Assembly: GCA_018653365.1 (NCBI GenBank)
Contig: JABIAG010000002.1
Span: 1-64,000, forward strand
Direction: 5' to 3'
DNA length: 64,000 nt
Origin: Candidatus Woesearchaeota archaeon
Lineage (GTDB): Archaea > Nanobdellota > Nanobdellia > Woesearchaeales > JABIAG01
The translations under genes and the position numbers were made by a program. Each line of letters begins with the position of its first letter. Within the stretch, counting starts at the first letter, position 1. Below the pieces are notes generated by a model. That model made no database searches and had not been told where the DNA came from. It worked only from the letters and a program-made list of their open reading frames with translations. Below, in pieces: positions 29,563 to 39,857 of this stretch.

Positions 29563-30270
29563 TTAATTATTTTTAATATTGAAAGAAGTTAGCTTCCCCT
29601 CTTTTTCTTCCATGACTGCTTCAGTTATTTTATTTTTAGAATTTAGTTTATTCAATATTAGCCATTCATCGGAGGGAATGACTTTTTCTAGTTTGTTTAT
29701 GTCAAACCAGTCTGGCTTTCCATGTTCTGATTCCTTAAGTTCGTTAGTTTCAACGCTAACTTTTGTAAAAAATAATATGAAGCTGTGTTTTATGATCTCG
29801 TCTCCTTTGACTTGTTCGTGTAATATTGCGTTGGTTGATACAAATTGGCAATCCAGTCCTGTTTTTTCTTTTACTAATCTTTTACTTGCTTGTTCAAAGC
29901 TTTCTTCAATTAACATTTTTCCACCAACCAAAGACCAGTAGCCTTTGTAGGGGCGTCGTTTTCTTTTTATCAGTAATATTCTTTCATCCTTGATAACTGC
30001 AACTAAAACAACAGGTAATGGGCTCATTCCCTCTCCAGTTATGTGTGGAAGTATTGGCAAATATCTTTCTGCCTCTTTTGTTAAATAGTAGTACATCCCT
30101 TTTTTTTCTAACAACCCCTCTTCTTGCATTTTATCGAGATGATAAGAAACCATATTTGAACGTATTTCTAGTTTCTTTTCTATTTCATTAAACTTTAATT
30201 TATTATCTCCTAAGAACATTCTAAATATTTCTTCTCTTTCTTTTTTTACTAAACTGCCTGAATATCTCAT
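29563..30270 (-). CDS. Winged-HTH plus Nudix domain protein (probable ligand-sensing regulator)
   Basis: N-terminal HTH (SYHLDKMQEEGLLEK); degenerate Nudix box GGKMLIEESFEQASKRLVKEKTGL. Confidence 0.75.
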   Translation of the reverse strand: MRYSGSLVKKEREEIFRMFLGDNKLKFNEIEKKLEIRSNMVSYHLDKMQEEGLLEKKGMYYYLTKEAERYLPILPHITGEGMSPLPVVLVAVIKDERILLIKRKRRPYKGYWSLVGGKMLIEESFEQASKRLVKEKTGLDCQFVSTNAILHEQVKGDEIIKHSFILFFTKVSVETNELKESEHGKPDWFDINKLEKVIPSDEWLILNKLNSKNKITEAVMEEKEGKLTSFNIKNN

Positions 30271-30342
30271 CTTTACTCAAATGAAGTTGAGGGATTATTT
30301 AAAAATATTGGATTTGTGTTTATTTCTATTGGGGGTATTAAA

Positions 30343-30816
30343 ATGGATGAATTTAAAGAAAAAGCGCATTATATTGCCGTGACAGGCATAATTAAGAAAG
30401 AGGGTAAGTATTTAATTTGTAAGAGAAGTCCTAATGAGAAGGCTTTTCCTGAAAAGTGGTGCGTTCCTGGGGGAAAACTTGAAGTTAAAGACTTTGTTAA
30501 CACTCCTAAGGATACTGAGAACCATTGGCTTGGTGTTTTGGAGAAAACGCTTAAACGAGAGGTTAAGGAAGAGACTAATTTGGATATCAAAAATTTGGGT
30601 TATGTTTCTAATATTGCTTTTTTGAGAGGTAATGGTTTTTCTACTGTCATTCTTAGTCTGTCTGCGGATCATGCAGAAGGTGAAGTGAAGTTAAAGGAAG
30701 ATGAATTAACTGAGCATGCCTGGGTTACTTTGGAAGAGGCTAAACAATATGATTTGATTGAGAATATTTACGAGCAGATTGCTAAGGTGGACTCATTAGG
30801 ATCAAAAACTATTTAA
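30343..30816 (+). CDS. Nudix hydrolase
   Basis: WCVPGGKLE...LKREVKEETNL. The start at 30343 follows a GGGGT RBS. Confidence 0.85.
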   Translation: MDEFKEKAHYIAVTGIIKKEGKYLICKRSPNEKAFPEKWCVPGGKLEVKDFVNTPKDTENHWLGVLEKTLKREVKEETNLDIKNLGYVSNIAFLRGNGFSTVILSLSADHAEGEVKLKEDELTEHAWVTLEEAKQYDLIENIYEQIAKVDSLGSKTI

Positions 30817-30839
30817 ACGCGCTTTTTATTCTTTCTTTT

Positions 30840-32033
30840 ATGATTATTGGTGTTGTTGGAAAACCTTCGGTAGGAAAGTCGACTTTCTTTAAAGCTGCTA
30901 CTTTGGCAGAGGTGGACATAGCAAATTATCCTTTTACAACAATTAAACCTAATGAGGGGGTTGGTTTTGTTAAGACTGAAGATGCTGCTGCTTTCTTTGA
31001 TAAGGTCTCTAATCCACGAGAGGGTTATGTTATTGACAAAACAAGGTTTGTGCCTGTTCAGATGATTGATGTCGCAGGGCTTGTTCCTGGAGCTCATAAG
31101 GGAGAGGGTATGGGTAATCAGTTTTTAGATGATTTACGTCAAGCCGATGTTTTAATTCATGTTATTGATGTTTCTGGTTCAACAAATGAGAAAGGTGAGT
31201 CTATTGAGACCGGGTCTTATGATCCTTCTAATGATATTAAGTTTTTAGAAGAGGAACTTGATCAGTGGTATTTTGGTATTTTAAAGAAGGGTTGGGAACG
31301 CTTTGCTAGACAGGTACAACAAGAACACCTGGATATTAAAAAAGCTCTAGCGAAACAATTATCAGGGTTAAAAGTAGATTTGCCAATGATGGAAGATACT
31401 GTTAAGAAACTTGCACTTAATACTGAAAAGCCAATTGAGTGGACTGAAGAACAACTTTTTAGTTTAACTAGGGAGTTGCGAAAGTTAACAAAGCCTATGA
31501 TTATTGCATGTAATAAGGCCGATGTTAATAATGGTAAAGAGAACTTTGAAAAGTTACAAAAAGATTTTCCTGATCATCTTCTTATTCCGTGTTCAGCAGA
31601 ATCAGAGATTGCGTTGAAAGAGGCAGCTAAGCATGAATTGATTGATTACGTTCCGGGAGCTAATGATTTCACAATTAAGGGTGAATTAAATGATAAGCAA
31701 ACGAGTGCGTTAGAATTCATAAAAACGCATGTTTTGAATACATTCAATTCTACTGGAGTTCAACCAGTATTAGATCAAGCAGTTTTCAGTTTACTAAAGT
31801 ACATCACCATATTCCCTGGCGGAGTTAATAAGTTAGAAGATAAAAACGGTAATGTGTTGCCAGATTGTTTTTTGATGCCTCCTAATACTACTGCGCTGGA
31901 CTTTGCTTACAAACTACATACCGACTTTGGAAAGAATTTTATTCGAGCTATTGATGTTAAGACTAAGCAAACTATTGGTAAAGAACATTTGCTTAAGTCT
32001 GGCGATGTTGTAGAAATTATTAGTGGTAAGTAA
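30840..32033 (+). CDS. ychF: Archaeal YchF/OBG-family translation-associated GTPase/ATPase with a TGS domain
   Basis: GKPSVGKST, NYPFTTI, DVAGLVPGA, NKAD, HTDFGK. Confidence 0.93.
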   Translation: MIIGVVGKPSVGKSTFFKAATLAEVDIANYPFTTIKPNEGVGFVKTEDAAAFFDKVSNPREGYVIDKTRFVPVQMIDVAGLVPGAHKGEGMGNQFLDDLRQADVLIHVIDVSGSTNEKGESIETGSYDPSNDIKFLEEELDQWYFGILKKGWERFARQVQQEHLDIKKALAKQLSGLKVDLPMMEDTVKKLALNTEKPIEWTEEQLFSLTRELRKLTKPMIIACNKADVNNGKENFEKLQKDFPDHLLIPCSAESEIALKEAAKHELIDYVPGANDFTIKGELNDKQTSALEFIKTHVLNTFNSTGVQPVLDQAVFSLLKYITIFPGGVNKLEDKNGNVLPDCFLMPPNTTALDFAYKLHTDFGKNFIRAIDVKTKQTIGKEHLLKSGDVVEIISGK

Positions 32034-32066
32034 TCTTTTTAAACATAATTTCCTTCTTTTCTTATT

Positions 32067-32903
32067 ATGACTACAAAATTAGTTGATATTGAATTACATG
32101 CCCACCTGCACTTTGATCATTATAGTTTGTATGATGTAATTGAGGTAATGGAAGATAACATGTTGGATGTGCTTGTTCCATTACATTTTGGTTTTGGGTG
32201 TTTTGATGAGGTGGCAATGGCTGCTAAAGATCTTCCTGAAGGGTTTTTTAAGGTGGAAAGGGATGAGTTAATGTTGAGAGTTGAACATGAGGGAATGTTC
32301 TCTTATTTCTTACGAGGAGTAGAATTTTCAACTCAAGAAGCTAATTGTGATGTTGCCCACATGATTATGGTGGGGCATGATCAGTATGAAGAGAGGCAAC
32401 CAATGGATGTTATGATTGATAGAGCATTAGATAAAGATGCACTAGTTATTCTGGATCATCCTTTTGTTGATGCTAAAAATTTGATGAAGGCAATAACTCC
32501 TGAGATTGGTCTGGCTTTATTTGAGAGATGTAAAAGATATTCTGGTCGGGTAGCTTTGGAATATAATGGTTATTGTATCCCTTGGGTTAGAGCCCTTTTG
32601 GGTGGTAAAGATGTTAATCAGTCTGTTCAGGATTTATCTTTGGCTTTGGAACTTGATGGGTCTAATGTTCCTGTTGTTTCAGGTACTGATCTCCATGCAA
32701 GAACTAGAAGGTCATTAAATGCTTTAGGTACTGCTAGAACTTCTATGGATGTGGATACTTCTTCTGGGAGAGCTATGGTGGATTCGTTAAAACAGCAGAT
32801 CTTTGATGGGTCACATACCAATAGATATCAAACAGTTCCTTTTTTTACTCATCTCGCACCTTGTTGGGCTATTCCTCATATGTATAGAAAGGTTATGGGT
32901 TGA
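32067..32903 (+). CDS. Divergent PHP-family protein
   Basis: ELHAH, RGVE, DHPF, LEYNG, GTDLH. Confidence 0.7.
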   Translation: MTTKLVDIELHAHLHFDHYSLYDVIEVMEDNMLDVLVPLHFGFGCFDEVAMAAKDLPEGFFKVERDELMLRVEHEGMFSYFLRGVEFSTQEANCDVAHMIMVGHDQYEERQPMDVMIDRALDKDALVILDHPFVDAKNLMKAITPEIGLALFERCKRYSGRVALEYNGYCIPWVRALLGGKDVNQSVQDLSLALELDGSNVPVVSGTDLHARTRRSLNALGTARTSMDVDTSSGRAMVDSLKQQIFDGSHTNRYQTVPFFTHLAPCWAIPHMYRKVMG

Positions 32904-32906
32904 ACA

Positions 32907-33335
32907 TTATTTTTTAATAAACGTTCTTATCATATTTGCTTTTTCTTTTCTTCCTGTTTTTTCATAACATTCTGCCTCTGTTTTAAGGTCAAAAACGTTT
33001 ACCTCAACTTCTGCACATTTGATTCTTTTTGTTTCATCTAATTTTCTGGAATAAATGCTAGTTTCGTAGTCGGCACAAATTTGTACTTCTACATCTTTGA
33101 TATGCACATTAAATTCTTCACATTCTTCAGAACTGTTTTTTTTGATTTCTGTGGTTTTGTAGTCTTTAAATGCACGTTTTACTTTTTGTATGTCTTTGTT
33201 TTTTATGAGAATGTCTAAATCTTTTGGTTTTGTGTTTATTCCTTGAAGTGCCAAGGAAGTGCTGCCTATTATTGCCCATTTAATGCTTAATCTATTAAGT
33301 ATTGATGCAACGTTTTTTATTACTTCAGATTTCAT
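32907..33335 (-). CDS. Nucleotidyltransferase (Pol-beta superfamily, aminoglycoside-NTase-like)
   Basis: WAIIGSTSLALQG...PKDLDI. Confidence 0.75.
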   Translation of the reverse strand: MKSEVIKNVASILNRLSIKWAIIGSTSLALQGINTKPKDLDILIKNKDIQKVKRAFKDYKTTEIKKNSSEECEEFNVHIKDVEVQICADYETSIYSRKLDETKRIKCAEVEVNVFDLKTEAECYEKTGRKEKANMIRTFIKK

Positions 33336-33715
33336 TTCTTAATAAATTCTTTAAATGTATTCGGTAAATCAATCATGTATTTACCTTCAGAAAGTTTTAC
33401 TATTAATGGTTGTTTTTTAAACAAGCTAACCAGATCTAGTTCATACTTTCCTGGTTGCAATACGCGAACACTCTCAAAGTCTAGTATTACTGGGTCGTCT
33501 TTGTTCCAGTCCTGTCCTACTAAGTCAAAAACATCTTTTTCTAGTTCTGTTTTTTGTTCTTCGGATAACTTTTCAGCAAATTCTTGTTTTTTTAACTTTT
33601 CTAATTTTTCTTTTTTAATATAGAAGAATAATTTTCCACCGCAACTACATCCAGTTAGTATTGCTTTATCTCCGTCATCGTAGAAATTATTACACCGTAC
33701 ACATTGATGGGGCAT
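33332..33715 (-). CDS. Zn-ribbon protein DUF2072 (OapC-like)
   Basis: MPHQCVRC, GCSCGGKLFFY, ESVRVLQPGKYELDL; third gene of the cluster. Confidence 0.88.
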   Translation of the reverse strand: MPHQCVRCNNFYDDGDKAILTGCSCGGKLFFYIKKEKLEKLKKQEFAEKLSEEQKTELEKDVFDLVGQDWNKDDPVILDFESVRVLQPGKYELDLVSLFKKQPLIVKLSEGKYMIDLPNTFKEFIKK

Positions 33716-33716
33716 T

Positions 33717-34109
33717 TTATCGCTTTTTCCTCTTTTTGGTATCTTTTGTTAATAATTCGATTTTGTCAGGATTTTGTTTTATTTCTTTTACTACTGATGC
33801 TGGTCCGATTATCGTTAGTCCAGTTCTATTTTTCCAGATTGCATTCATCATACTCATTCTTAGTTTGGTTAATAGTGCTGCATCTTTTGATTCTGGATTG
33901 ATTACTGCTAGTTCGATTCCTTTGAATTTTTTACTAATCTCTTCCATTGTTATCGCAATTAGATCTTTTTCTTCTTCTTTTTTTAGACGTCCTTCTAATA
34001 ATACGATTTTGTTTTGTTTAACAATGTCAATTAGTTTTTTTACCCTCATTGCAGATCCCATATCGGAGATCTGAGTGTGTGGTACAAATTGTAGTGTTAG
34101 TCCGGCCAT
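33717..34109 (-). CDS. DUF2073 protein (OapB-like)
   Basis: IVLLEGRL..EEE..LI..TM, FKGIE, GLTIIGPA. Confidence 0.88.
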   Translation of the reverse strand: MAGLTLQFVPHTQISDMGSAMRVKKLIDIVKQNKIVLLEGRLKKEEEKDLIAITMEEISKKFKGIELAVINPESKDAALLTKLRMSMMNAIWKNRTGLTIIGPASVVKEIKQNPDKIELLTKDTKKRKKR

Positions 34110-34111
34110 TT

Positions 34112-34741
34112 TTATTTTACTAGATCAAACAAGCTGTCGTAAAACTTATTCTTGTTCTTTCCATATTTCGCACTTATTCCCACAATTCCATATTGGGGAA
34201 ATGCGCTTTCTATCTTTTTTATATTTGATCTTTTTAAATCTATCTTATTTGCGACTATTAGGACGGGTATGTCTCGGGCCTGTAGATTTCCAATGATTGT
34301 TATGTTTACTTGAGAATATGGGTCTTCGGTTGAGTCTAGAACAACAATTACTGCGTCCATGTTATCTAACCATTTGATTGAGTCTATTACTCCTTTTGTT
34401 GCCTCTTTTGCTCTTTTTTTAGCTTCTTCTTTCTTCATTCCTTTTTTAATAAAGTCTTCATAATCGATTTTTGTTGCAATTCCTGGGGTGTCAACAAGAT
34501 TAAATGTTAGTTCTTTTCCATTTCTTTCTATGTTGATTTGTTCTTTTATGTGGACCTCTCTTGTTTCGTGTGCAACATTGGAGACTGATCCCATTTCTTC
34601 TCCTAGCCAATCTTTACATATCTGGTTTGCTAGAGTTGTTTTTCCGCCGTTTGGGGGTCCATAAAGTCCTAGTTTAACGTGCTTTTTCTTCTTAAATACA
34701 TTCTTCAGAAATTTGTTTACAAACCTTTTTACGAGCCCCAT
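34112..34741 (-). CDS. Era-like GTP-binding protein (OapA-like)
   Basis: GPPNGGKTTL, HETR, DTPG, ANKID, ISAK. Confidence 0.9.
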   Translation of the reverse strand: MGLVKRFVNKFLKNVFKKKKHVKLGLYGPPNGGKTTLANQICKDWLGEEMGSVSNVAHETREVHIKEQINIERNGKELTFNLVDTPGIATKIDYEDFIKKGMKKEEAKKRAKEATKGVIDSIKWLDNMDAVIVVLDSTEDPYSQVNITIIGNLQARDIPVLIVANKIDLKRSNIKKIESAFPQYGIVGISAKYGKNKNKFYDSLFDLVK

Positions 34742-34915
34742 ATTGATCCCCTTTTCTTCATTTTTTTATGCTGGATTGGTGCTTTATATACTTTTCTATT
34801 TTCTAATCCCATTAACAAGTTACCACTCACGAGTAGCACAAAAACAAAACATTTATATATGAGTTATACGTTCTTACATCATATTAAATTTAAATAATAA
34901 AAAGAGGTTAAAAAA

Positions 34916-35578
34916 ATGGGACAAGCATGGAATGATTTTAAATTTGGATGCGCTTATCACCTTGGTGATTTGGGCATAGGACATTTTGCTACAGTTCTTG
35001 CTATTGCAGCAGCTGTTGGTGGATGTGCAAAGATTAGACCCGATAAACATGCAATGAATGCACTTACTGCTTTATGGCCTGAATCTGAGATAGTTCAATC
35101 TATGCCTGCAGAACCTGCAGAACCCGCTTTACCTAATGATCATTACGCTAACGAGTTAAGAAGTGCTTATAATTCTGCAATGACTTCCTTAGAAGGTAGA
35201 AAAGCAGAGATTATTCGTGCAACTGGTGCACAATCTAGTGAAGGAGGAATGTTAGCAAGTGTTTTGGGTATGGGAATTGATGCAAGACGTGCTCATGTTA
35301 ATGAAAGAAATTCTCGTTCAAGACGTAGTTCAAGACGTAAGTTTGATCATAAAAATTGGGATCGTGCTGCAAATCACGCTGTTGAAGGTGCTGATATTTA
35401 CTTTTCAGTTCCAGAAATTGAGGCAGATGTTGCTGCTTTAAGCCGAGAGTACGATCGGATTCTTGCTGATGGAGAAGTTACTAGAGCAGAAGCATCACGT
35501 TTCAGACCTAAACTGGATCTAGCAGTTGCAAGAAGTGGTTATGGTAAACGTAGACGTTCTACTAGAGGAATTTTTTAA
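34916..35578 (+). CDS. Orphan putative lipoprotein
   Basis: Hydrophobic stretch ending in VGG-C; RBS GAGGT upstream. Confidence 0.5.
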   Translation: MGQAWNDFKFGCAYHLGDLGIGHFATVLAIAAAVGGCAKIRPDKHAMNALTALWPESEIVQSMPAEPAEPALPNDHYANELRSAYNSAMTSLEGRKAEIIRATGAQSSEGGMLASVLGMGIDARRAHVNERNSRSRRSSRRKFDHKNWDRAANHAVEGADIYFSVPEIEADVAALSREYDRILADGEVTRAEASRFRPKLDLAVARSGYGKRRRSTRGIF

Positions 35579-35583
35579 TTTTT

Positions 35584-37074
35584 TTAAATTATTGTTTCTT
35601 TATAATTATCAGTAACCCACTTTAGTAAGGTAGTTATTTGATCGTCAGTTAATGTTGATGCCTTTGTGCTTAGTTGATTTTTAATACCTTTAACTTCTTC
35701 ACTTGTTAGTTTACAAGTTAGTTGAAATGGACTAAATTGCATTGCATTATTGTTGGGTTGTGTTACCTTGATATTTGCTCTTTGGGCCTGTTTTAAATCA
35801 TAATTGTAATCTGCTTTTAGAGTAGTACCTAACCTTCCTCCATGTTGACGTTGACTTCTTTCAAAAAACTCTTTTACAACTTCAAATAAGTTATCTCGTT
35901 TTTCTTTATTCTCTTGATCTATCTTTTGTGTACTTTCTAGTGCTTTTTTAATTGCTTCTTCTACTTGTTTCTCTCTTTGTTCGGCAGTTCTTAGGTTTCC
36001 TGCAACTTCTTTGTGTAGTGCATTTATTGCTGCGGGTTTAGCATTTACAACTAGTTTTCTTACCTTGAATTTTGTACTTGCTATTAGTGCTTCAAAAAAT
36101 TGAGCAAAACTTTTTCTGGTATTTTGTAACTTGCTAATTTGTGAGTTAAATCTGGTTATTTGTGTTGGATCAAAATCATTTGCTGCAAGGGTATTTTGTA
36201 TCGTTGTAATCATTTGATCAATATTTTGTATTTCTGCAATGTTATCTTCATTTTGTTTAAATTCTGTTTGTATATCGCTTAATTTGTGTTCGGCATTTTC
36301 TAAGACTTGTTTTCCTTCGGTACTTGTTCCGAATAGGTTTTGTATTGCTTTAAAGTTTGGGTGTGAAACATCAAATCGAGGTATGTTTCGTATTACTGTT
36401 GTTAATGCTTTTGTGTAAGCGCTTAGATTTGGTCTAATGTTGTGTGCATTTAGGTCATGTATTTTAGATGCCCCTTCTGTTAACATTCCTGAAGGGTCAT
36501 CGTTTAGAAATGCGTTGTCTCGTAAGTTTTTAACTGAAGCATTTATTGTATTTCTTGCACTGTCCATTAACTCTAGCCCTTCTGCTTCCATGGTCATTAT
36601 CGCACCCCTGTTTTTCGCCCAGACGCCTTTTAGTGCGAGTAACATTAGTACTACCACTACGACGATTGCAAATAACCCTACAATGGCCGTCATTCCAAAG
36701 AAGAATGCAACTAATCCTGCAATCATTTCTATTACTGGTGCCGCAAAGATTGATGTTAATGTTAACCCTATTGCTAGTCCTTTATGAACAGACTCTGTAT
36801 CTCCAAGTACTCTTTCTAAGAATTTTTTTGATAGTCCGAAAAATATAAAGTATAATCCAATACCCACGCCAATTGCTAACCAAATAAGAACTTTTTCACG
36901 TCCATAGTTTGCTGGGTGGGGTATTACTATCTCAAATGTTGCCACTTCATCTAACATGTCTAAAGATGGCTTTAACGGTGTTCTTCTTTCTACATCGTCT
37001 ACAGCAAATACAGAAACTGTGGATATTAAAACTAAGGTTAGAACAATCATCCACAGTAATATTTTTTTGTTCAT
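35584..37074 (-). CDS. Membrane protein with a long C-terminal coiled coil
   Basis: Signal peptide, about 3 TM helices, helical tail. Confidence 0.6.
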   Translation of the reverse strand: MNKKILLWMIVLTLVLISTVSVFAVDDVERRTPLKPSLDMLDEVATFEIVIPHPANYGREKVLIWLAIGVGIGLYFIFFGLSKKFLERVLGDTESVHKGLAIGLTLTSIFAAPVIEMIAGLVAFFFGMTAIVGLFAIVVVVVLMLLALKGVWAKNRGAIMTMEAEGLELMDSARNTINASVKNLRDNAFLNDDPSGMLTEGASKIHDLNAHNIRPNLSAYTKALTTVIRNIPRFDVSHPNFKAIQNLFGTSTEGKQVLENAEHKLSDIQTEFKQNEDNIAEIQNIDQMITTIQNTLAANDFDPTQITRFNSQISKLQNTRKSFAQFFEALIASTKFKVRKLVVNAKPAAINALHKEVAGNLRTAEQREKQVEEAIKKALESTQKIDQENKEKRDNLFEVVKEFFERSQRQHGGRLGTTLKADYNYDLKQAQRANIKVTQPNNNAMQFSPFQLTCKLTSEEVKGIKNQLSTKASTLTDDQITTLLKWVTDNYKETII

Positions 37075-37077
37075 TCT

Positions 37078-37515
37078 CTATCTCCTTGAATTTGGACTAT
37101 TTAAACCTTGCGATTTTTCTTTAATGATTTCTTCAACTTCGTTATGTGTTGCAAAGTTTATTGGATTCCAGGCATCTAAGTATTTTCTTAAAGTATCTAC
37201 TTCTTCTCTTCGTGCAAAGTTTTTTAGATCTGCAGCCATTTCTACTATTCTTCTTTTTATTAGTCCTATTTCTTTTTCTAATTCCATCATTTTTGAATTG
37301 ATGGTTTTGAGTTCGACGTTTTGTCTTTTATTTATGCTTAGAATGTTGTTTTCAATTAGTTCAGTTTTTCTATCTAAATTTGATAAGCGTTCTTCAATTA
37401 CTTTTACTGCACGTAGTGCTCTTCCTTCTGTGGGAGAAAATGTTGGGGCTTTTTTTGGCGTTTCTTTCTTCTTGCCAAAGGATATTACCTTCTTACCATC
37501 TTTTTCTTCTATCAT
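37078..37515 (-). CDS. Coiled-coil hypothetical protein divergent from the pilus ATPase
   Basis: Heptad pattern; FARREEV..L.KYLD.W.P..F.T motif. Confidence 0.65.
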   Translation of the reverse strand: MIEEKDGKKVISFGKKKETPKKAPTFSPTEGRALRAVKVIEERLSNLDRKTELIENNILSINKRQNVELKTINSKMMELEKEIGLIKRRIVEMAADLKNFARREEVDTLRKYLDAWNPINFATHNEVEEIIKEKSQGLNSPNSRR

Positions 37516-37588
37516 TTTTCATAATAAAAACTTTTAAATACCCATTGATTCAATACTATATTAATGTTTTGTAAAAAGAGGTGTATTG

Positions 37589-39856
37589 ATGCCTGAGGAT
37601 AAGGAATATAGTTACGAGGTAGTGCGCGAAGGTTCTGATGTAATTCTTAAAGTGAACTATGAGAATGTACTGAGTCCGCCCTCTATAGAGGAGGATCCGG
37701 TTTGTATGTCTCGTACTATTAATATGCTTTTAGAAGCGGGTAAAGTTACAAAACTTATCTTTCAACAGAAACGTGATTTTGAGTATGATTTTGATCAGGT
37801 TCAAATTATTCAAGAGATCGCTTCATTATATAACAAGTTTGTTAAAAATCGAGATTTGATGACGTTTCTACTTGCAAAAGATAATCCTGCTTCAAAATCT
37901 AGACAGGCACTTTTACAAAAGTTTGTTTATAGTATAATGAAAAAGGATCCTTTGGGTGCTTATGTTTTAATTAGAAGGGAGAGAAGAGAACAGGAACACA
38001 TTCTTGAATCTGACCCAAATAATCTTGATAAAGAAACTATTCAAGAGTTTGCTAGAGTTTTGGATCATATGCTTGATGAGTTTGAAGCAACAGCATTAAT
38101 TAAACTTGCTCAACCTTATGTTATGGGATATAAGTTGGGTGATCGTTCAATTTATAAGAAACTTTTCCATCCTACAATTAAACCTGATTTTATGTTTACT
38201 AAGCTTATGGCTTCATATCCTCAGGAAGGGGAGGTTTTAGCTAATTATTCAATTGCTAATACGGATGTTACTATTTTTGAACTTCCTGGTTCTGTTAATT
38301 ACTTGTATCATATTGTTCCTCCTGAGTTTAAACTTACTGAAGCAAAGTATGATTTATTAGACACTGCTAGATCTATAATGGCAGAACACAAACCTACTCG
38401 TTCCGAGTTTGTTAATCCTGCATTGATGCGTGAAGTTTTCTATAATGTTGGTCATGACTTAATTGAGGAGTTAGCAAACAAGCAGGATGTAAGACTTAGA
38501 TTAAAAGAGATCGATGAACTGGCAGAAATCTTAGTTCGATACACTGTCGGTTTTGGGTTAATAGAAATCTTACTTAATGATCCTCAAATTCAAGATATCT
38601 CTATCAATTCTCCAATGGGTAATATTTCAATGTTTATTGTTCATGGCGAGTTTGGAGATTGTAAAACTAATATTATTCCTACTGCTTCTGATGGAGAGTC
38701 CTGGGCTACTAAACTGAGATTGATGTCTGGTCGTCCTTTAGATGAAGCTAACCCTATTCTTGATACTGAACTCGAACTACCAACAGTTAGGGCGAGAATT
38801 GCAGTTATTTCTCCACCGTTAAACCCGTCAGGGTTAGCGTACTCTTGGCGTCGTCACAGAATTAAACCCTGGACGTTACCATTATTTATAAAATATAAAA
38901 TGATGAATCCCTTGGCAGCAGGTTTGATGTCTTTTATTGTTGATGGTGCACGAACTATTCTTGTTGCCGGAACACGTTCCGCTGGTAAGACCTCTTTGTT
39001 GGGAAGTTTGATGGTAGAACTTATGAGGCGGACTAGAATTATTACTGTTGAGGATACTTTAGAACTTCCTTCAGATGCATTAAGAAAGTTTGGTTATAAT
39101 ATTCAACCCTTAAAAGTTGCTGCAGCTCTTTCTAAGGGGTCTAGTGAAGTTCCTGCAGATGAAGGAATTCGGTCTACTTTAAGGTTAGGCGATTCGGCTT
39201 TGTTTGTTGGTGAAGTTCGTTCCACTGAGGCCAAGGCTTTGTACGAAGCTATGAGGGTTGGAGCACTAGCAAATGTTGTTGCAGGTACAATTCACGCAGA
39301 CTCACCGTATGGTATTTATGATAGGGTTGTTAATGATTTAGGCGTTCCTAAAACCTCTTTTAAAGCTACTGATATTGCACTTGTTGCTAATCCAATTAGA
39401 AGTCCGGATGGAATTCATCGTTGGAGAAGGGTCACACAAATTACTGAAGTTAGAAAATTCTGGGAAGAGGATCCTTTGAGAGAAAACGGATTTGCTGATT
39501 TAATGAAGTATGACGCAACAACTGACGAATTACAAGAATCTGAGGTTTTAATTAATGGTGAATCTGAAATTCTTAAGGCAATTGCAGGTAATGTTAAGGA
39601 ATGGGCAGGTAATTGGGATGCAGTGTGGGATAATGTTTTGTTAAGAACTAAGATTAAAGAAAGAGTTGTCAAGGCCGCTGCACAAACGGGAGATGACAAC
39701 TTATTAGAAGCGGGTTTTGTTATTGTTGCAAATGATGAATTTCATAAGATTTCAGAAAGGGTTCGTGAGGAGGTTGGAGCTCTGGATTCAGATCGAATTT
39801 ATTTTGAGTGGGAGTCTTGGTTAAAAACTGCGTTAACTAAAAAGAAATTTTTATAA
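37589..39856 (+). CDS. Type IV pilus/secretion ATPase (VirB11/TadA/ArlI family)
   Basis: Walker A GTRSAGKTS, TVEDTLEL, VGEVRS.EA, GTIHADS; RBS GAGGTG. Confidence 0.92.
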   Translation: MPEDKEYSYEVVREGSDVILKVNYENVLSPPSIEEDPVCMSRTINMLLEAGKVTKLIFQQKRDFEYDFDQVQIIQEIASLYNKFVKNRDLMTFLLAKDNPASKSRQALLQKFVYSIMKKDPLGAYVLIRRERREQEHILESDPNNLDKETIQEFARVLDHMLDEFEATALIKLAQPYVMGYKLGDRSIYKKLFHPTIKPDFMFTKLMASYPQEGEVLANYSIANTDVTIFELPGSVNYLYHIVPPEFKLTEAKYDLLDTARSIMAEHKPTRSEFVNPALMREVFYNVGHDLIEELANKQDVRLRLKEIDELAEILVRYTVGFGLIEILLNDPQIQDISINSPMGNISMFIVHGEFGDCKTNIIPTASDGESWATKLRLMSGRPLDEANPILDTELELPTVRARIAVISPPLNPSGLAYSWRRHRIKPWTLPLFIKYKMMNPLAAGLMSFIVDGARTILVAGTRSAGKTSLLGSLMVELMRRTRIITVEDTLELPSDALRKFGYNIQPLKVAAALSKGSSEVPADEGIRSTLRLGDSALFVGEVRSTEAKALYEAMRVGALANVVAGTIHADSPYGIYDRVVNDLGVPKTSFKATDIALVANPIRSPDGIHRWRRVTQITEVRKFWEEDPLRENGFADLMKYDATTDELQESEVLINGESEILKAIAGNVKEWAGNWDAVWDNVLLRTKIKERVVKAAAQTGDDNLLEAGFVIVANDEFHKISERVREEVGALDSDRIYFEWESWLKTALTKKKFL

Positions 39857-39857
39857 A

